Assembly (NCBI GenBank): GCA_038227875.1
Contig: JBBRPR010000035.1
Location: 22,336 to 86,335 of the forward strand
DNA: 64,000 nt
Direction: 5' to 3'
Source: Planctomycetota bacterium
GTDB lineage: Bacteria > Planctomycetota > SZUA-567 > H5-PLA8
In this document: one piece after another, positions 59,555 through 64,000 of the stretch
Layout: each line of letters begins with the position of its first letter
How positions within the stretch are numbered: the stretch's first letter is position 1
The notes under the pieces: model-generated
Seen by the model: only the letters and a program-made list of their open reading frames with translations
The model's database searches: none
What the model was told of the DNA's origin: nothing
Made by a program: the position numbers and the translations under genes

Positions 59555-59818
59555 TGCAAGTTTTGTCAGGAGAACTCTAGGACACATTGTGCGCGAAATC
59601 GTGGTCGCAAATTTGCGACCACGAAAAACCAAGCGATCGGGGTGAGTATTAGGTCGCGCGCGCCGATTCACTCTTTCTCGTTCGTCGTTCTGAACTCCCC
59701 GCCGCCCCTCCGTGAGTTGACTTTCCTCCTCAATCAATTATTTCTCTTCACTTCACATTATTAATGCGTCGCACGTTTTACACGTCGACGATCCCTTCAT
59801 TAATTGAGGATTGCAGTC

Positions 59819-61318
59819 ATGTTCAAATCGTCTCTTCGCGTCGCGGCTGTGGGTGGATTGCTCTGGTTGGGCATGGTCAGCGCGGAGGACGCTCCAGCTC
59901 CGGTTCCGGCTCAAAATGGGAGTACAAAAGATAGTACGACTCCCGCAACTGCACCGGCATTAAAATCGACTCCAACACCCGCCCCGGCGGCCCCGGCCGC
60001 TCCCGCGGTATTGCCCGACGACTTGAAGGACGTCACGAACCCCGATTACCTATTCGAACTCGCGCAGGTCCATCTGCGCTTCAATGGGTTCGATCGGGCC
60101 GAGCCGCTCTTCCGCTTCGTCGCCGAAAAAGGCAAGGACGGTCAGCAGAAGACGGCCGCTCATGAAGCACTTGCGAATTTGCTGCAGAAGAAGAACGACG
60201 TCAAAGGCGCCACCGCGGAACTGGAAGCAGCGGTCGCCGGCGCGTCGACGCCCTTCGACAAGGGGCGCATTTCGCTGACTCTCGCCCAGAACTACGTCCG
60301 CGCCAGCGATTGGGATAACGCGGAAAAGCTGCTCGTGGATGTCGCAATGACCGATCCGGGCGTGCAGAATGGCCGCTGGCTGCAGCAAAGCGCGCTCTCG
60401 CAGCTGCCACAGGTCTGGAAGAACAAACCCGGACACGCCGACGCATTCATCAAGCAGACGGAAGACGCGTACGCTAAAAATCCCACCGACACCGCGTTGA
60501 TGGAACGGCTCTCCGATCTCTACAGCAACGTCAAACACGATTACGCCAAGTCGGCGGAGCTCACGGAGAAGCTGCTGCCGCAGCGCCCCGACGACCGCGG
60601 CCTGCAGTACAAGCTCGCTGCGCTTTACCAGCAGAGCCACCAGTACGACAAGGCCGTGGACCTGGCCAAGAAGATGATGACCGGTCCGAACGTCACCAAG
60701 GACGATGCGCACAGCCAGAGCTACCAGATCGGCAACCTGCTGATTCAGGCCGGGAAGAAAGACGAGGCCATCGCGTGGATGAAAGAATCGTTCGCCAAGG
60801 ACGCGGCGAGCGGCCGCGACTACTGGATGCTGGGCATGTTCTACGAGCAGGCCGGACTGCACGCGGAAAGCGAAGCGGCGCTGGCGAAAGTCCAGGAACT
60901 GGCGAAGACGCCCAACGAAAAAGCCGACGCAAAAATTCTGACCGCCGAGTTCGCTCTGCGCCATCGCGACCTGCCGAAGGCCGAAGAAGCAGCCAATGCC
61001 GTGCTCGCGGAGTTCAAGGACAATCAGAACGTGACGATGCGCGCGAACATGGTGCTGCAGCAGGTGACGGCGCAGAAGAACGCGCTGGCAGCCAAGCCCG
61101 CTCCGATCAACATCGAAAAGATCGGACCGAAGCCCGCGCCCGCGCAGCCCGTGGCCGGACCGGCGCCCGCGCCGACTGCGCCAGTGGCGGGACCCGCGCC
61201 AGCCCCTGCGCCCACACCGGCTCCAGCACCCGCACCGGCTCCGGCGCCCGCTGTTGCGCCAGCACCAGCACCGACTGTGGCTCCTGCACCGGAAGCAAAG
61301 GTGGAAAAGAAAGAGTAG
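59819..61318 (+). CDS. Secreted TPR protein with Pro/Ala-rich termini
   Basis: Signal peptide, TPR-like helices, (PA)n tail. Confidence 0.85.
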   Translation: MFKSSLRVAAVGGLLWLGMVSAEDAPAPVPAQNGSTKDSTTPATAPALKSTPTPAPAAPAAPAVLPDDLKDVTNPDYLFELAQVHLRFNGFDRAEPLFRFVAEKGKDGQQKTAAHEALANLLQKKNDVKGATAELEAAVAGASTPFDKGRISLTLAQNYVRASDWDNAEKLLVDVAMTDPGVQNGRWLQQSALSQLPQVWKNKPGHADAFIKQTEDAYAKNPTDTALMERLSDLYSNVKHDYAKSAELTEKLLPQRPDDRGLQYKLAALYQQSHQYDKAVDLAKKMMTGPNVTKDDAHSQSYQIGNLLIQAGKKDEAIAWMKESFAKDAASGRDYWMLGMFYEQAGLHAESEAALAKVQELAKTPNEKADAKILTAEFALRHRDLPKAEEAANAVLAEFKDNQNVTMRANMVLQQVTAQKNALAAKPAPINIEKIGPKPAPAQPVAGPAPAPTAPVAGPAPAPAPTPAPAPAPAPAPAVAPAPAPTVAPAPEAKVEKKE

Positions 61319-61319
61319 A

Positions 61320-61508
61320 TAGGCCCAGCTGGATTCGAACCAGCGACCAAGGGATTATGAGTCCCGATTCTCCCTCTATGAAGATTTTTCCAACATAGAG
61401 TCAACATAGAGTTTTTGCATAGAGTCCGGCACCGCTTTCTTTCAGCTCGTTCCGGCCTTGCCGCCGATGAGCTTGTGTAACATCGAACAGACCTCCGAAT
61501 GCAAAATT
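61320..61508 (-). mobile_element. Miniature tRNA-integrated element or remnant: att-like duplicate of the tRNA 3' part plus arm-like repeats
   Basis: 61320-61359 is identical to 61512-61551 and continues AGTCCC (= exon 1, 61795-61800). CAACATAGAGT x2, CATAGAGT and an inverted CATAGAG lie inside. Confidence 0.7.
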
Positions 61509-61827
61509 TGGTAGGCCCAGCTGGATTCGAACCAGCGACCAAGGGATTATGCAGGAAGCCTTGGCTTTCGCCGGCCGATCACTTCCTCGGACTATGCCTT
61601 CGCCCGTTCTGGGCGGCTCGCCGTCTAGTCTCTACGCCTTCCCGGATTGCGCCGGGCTTGGTTCGGCGTTGGCCTGCTTCTTTCGAAGTTTAGCGTTCGC
61701 CGAGTTTGACGAGCTACTCGCCGGGCATTCCTGCCTGGCGGACCCTGACTGTTTCAGCATGAGCGCTTTCGCGCTGTTAGCCTGACAGCCCTTAAGTCCC
61801 CTGCTCTCACCGCTGAGCTATGGGCCC
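61509..61827 (-). tRNA. ileX: tRNA-Ile2 (CAU, lysidine type), intron-containing; exons 61827-61795 and 61551-61509
   Basis: Spliced sequence GGGCCCATAGCTCAGCGGTGAGAGCAGGGGACT|CATAATCCCTTGGTCGCTGGTTCGAATCCAGCTGGGCCTACCA folds as a full cloverleaf. C4-G69/C5-G68 pairs and overall likeness to E. coli tRNA-Ile2. Confidence 0.9.
61552..61794 (-). ncRNA. Group I intron (IC3/Azoarcus-like), 243 nt, no ORF
   Basis: Core GTCAAACTCGGCGAA...AACGCCGAACCAAGC...GTAGAGACTAGACGG...GAAGGCATAGTCC. P7 GACTA/TAGTC, IGS GGTCC pairing exon GGACT, terminal G. Confidence 0.93.
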
Positions 61828-61972
61828 AACCGTATACTCTTGTATCCGAACCGGCGCGCGCGCTCAAGCTGGAAGCGCGCCAAGGACTCGCGACGAGTTT
61901 GAACATTCGCGAAATTGTTGTTACGTTAATCCTTTCCGCTACATCGGCAGGTCGTATCGACGAGGTTGGAAT

Positions 61973-63680
61973 ATGAGTTCTTCCGAAGACGCTCCTCTTG
62001 ATGCCAAACTGCAGGCCGCGCATGCGCCGATACAAAGCGGCTACGGACAAATGGGCGAAAGAGCAGGAAAAATGGGATTCAACCAGAGCGTTCTTGAAAG
62101 CCATTCTCGAGTGGCGCCAGCAGAACAACTATCAGGATTTTCAGAAACACCTTCAACAATTGCTTGGCGTCCGGGAAACAAGGGTTGACCAGTATCTCGC
62201 CGCCGCTCGATTCGCGGCCGAACCCGTTCCGGTTTTGCCGGATGGAGGCAACGTCCGGATCATCGATCTCGAAAAACACGTCGAGTGCCCTACAGTTTCG
62301 CAAATGGCCCAATGTCATTCGCTGTTGAAAAGCAAAGACAAGCGCAAGCAACTCGCTGCCAGGCGGGCGCTGCTACTGGCCATCAACGGTGAAAAACTGA
62401 AGTCGGTCAAGAATCTTGAGAAAACCGTCAACAAGCGGCGGTTTGAATACACGATCAGAGGACTCTCGGCGGCTCCAGACGACGCGTTGCGCGTGATTGC
62501 AACGTTTTTGAAAGAACTCGTTGCGCTCGGAGACAAGCAAGCCTTGTCGATCTTGAATTCAATGAAGATCGCCGTAGCGACCGGCGGTAAGGTCGAGGTT
62601 GCTCTAAAGGGAGTTTATAAAGGCCGGGTGGATGCCAATGTTGACTTGGCGAAAGAGTTTGTGGCGCCACATCCCAACGACGAAGCAGTCACTTTGTCAG
62701 ATCAAAAGGAACTTGCCCAGATTCATTGGTTGCTTGAAGGCGGCGTGCCGGCGCCGAAGAAGCCTTTAGCCCGCAAAGCGAATCGAGAACCCGGTGTATT
62801 TGATCAAGTTTTGATGGATCGAAATCGTCGTATCCAAGAGCGGGGTCGGCTCATTTCCTCCTATACTGATGACGCAGCCCTGCCAATCTTCACCGGAAAG
62901 GATTCGCTGGAAGCTATGCTGAACGGACTTCTTCCTAGTTGGGAAGGTCCCGAATCGCAGACTTTCCGATTCATTACGTCCGCATCTTTTGACGCCGCGG
63001 ACGCTCCTTTGCAGTTCGGAGACGATCTTTCCCATTACGACAAGGGAACCCAAGGAAAAAGAATCGGCTCATTGATCTTTCCTTTTAAGACAACGGGTAA
63101 GCATCGCAGTGACAGAGAGTTTCAATGTTTCGTTGAAAACGGAACTGTCACAACAATGATCGAATGTGCCTTAAAACGATGGGGGGCTCATGTAGAACCA
63201 ACTTTTGATTATGCGGATATTGTAGCTGAGTCGCAGGCTGACGCTCGTGAGCGATTCGAAGAGGTGCTTAAAATCTTAAAACGATCTTTTGCTGACACTC
63301 ACGTCGGATTCTTAATTTTTCCGCGCTTACCGCAGGGAGCGGTCGAATCACGCTTGCTTGCTGAACGCGGCAGGACCAAAGCGATTGAAACCTACGAAGA
63401 ATCTGTACCTCACATTGATTTGGCGCGCTTTACTGACGAATTCTGTAAGATGTACTCTGTTGTGCCCACAACTATTGCGCACGAGTCCATTCGGAGCGCG
63501 TATGACAAATTAAGAAAGCAGCTCAATGGTGAGCCTACCGAGTCAGAGCTCATTCGCATGAGTTGGTCGGTGGCATGGAAAACATTGAAGAAGATGAAGG
63601 AGTTCAGGCCAATTATTCACTCACTTGAGTCATGGAATAAGGCCAATGAGTTGAAAAGCCGTAACGATGCTCATTTGTGA
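61973..63680 (+). CDS. Low-GC hypothetical protein, probably frameshifted near 62027 (main ORF 61998..63680)
   Basis: 560-aa open frame, visibly more AT-rich than its neighbours. SD GAGG plus ATG 61973 are in a different frame. Confidence 0.6.
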
Positions 63681-64000
63681 TACCTCAGGGGTGTCTTTGT
63701 CGCAGTGAAGAATACATGCTGACAGGAAGAGCACTTTCGTTTGTAGCCCAATTCTTTCTGATCCCATTCGACAATCCTTATTTTTCGAGACTTACATGAA
63801 GGGCATTTGCACGCCTCGGCTCGTTGCTTCGGTGCGGCCTCAGGAAATGGTACCGCATAGCTGTAAACGGCGGTCGAAAACTGGAGCGGAGGGCGGGCGA
63901 AAAACGTAGCACTCTGCCCAACGTACTGCTTCCTGCTGGAATGTCTATTCCGCCTGGTGAGACGACTATTTAGTTTCGGATTTAGAGGGCTCGTCGCCGC

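Noticed and set aside
61120..61295. Repetitive CCGGC-rich DNA
   Set aside because: Encodes the Pro/Ala tail of the TPR protein.
61790..61800. Reading the tRNA as Leu(UAA) from the unspliced CT-TAA
   Set aside because: TAA is intron sequence. The 3' exon begins CAT after the terminal G, there is no long variable arm, and the duplicate shows GACTCATAA.
61509..61827. Initiator tRNA-fMet identity
   Set aside because: No C1:A72 mismatch and no three consecutive G-C pairs closing the anticodon stem (31-39 is A-U). Elongator Met is not fully excluded.
61552..63680. Homing endonuclease or integrase serving the intron or mini-element
   Set aside because: The intron has no ORF, and no LAGLIDADG, HNH, GIY-YIG or tyrosine-recombinase motif was recognised in the adjacent ORF.

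Overview
GC-rich bacterial chromosomal window, probably Planctomycetota/PVC (inferred from signal-peptide-rich hypotheticals, a prepilin-type protein, a VIT-VWA protein, a prenyltransferase-repeat protein and long Gln-rich helical proteins). Most of it is ordinary: AKR, mug, a sensor kinase, a carbohydrate-type operon, hsp20, two AraC units, an acyl-CoA dehydrogenase, glycosyltransferases, ABC-F, mqnA/mqnC, ThuA, an ECF sigma/anti-sigma pair, a TetR-RND efflux operon, a GGDEF protein and a TPR protein. The standout locus is 61.3-61.8 kb. A minus-strand tRNA-Ile2(CAU)-like gene is split at U33/C34 by a 243-nt Azoarcus-like group I intron with an enlarged P1 loop. Only 143 bp downstream is a 46-bp copy of the tRNA 3' part carrying the SPLICED exon junction; arm-site-like repeats and a 13-codon ORF lie between them, suggesting a ~190-bp att-bounded mini-element. 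Other signals: about 12 period-7 tandem arrays of different sequence at gene junctions, a REPIN-like hairpin inserted in-frame into a signal peptide, a small HTH-like gene between 22-bp direct repeats, an unannotated 36-aa basic protein, long and short paralogues of a repeat-expanded helical protein, a CHAT-domain relic, and a low-GC frameshifted ORF beside the tRNA. No CRISPR array, rRNA, integrase or transposase was seen. All calls are by eye, without database searches.
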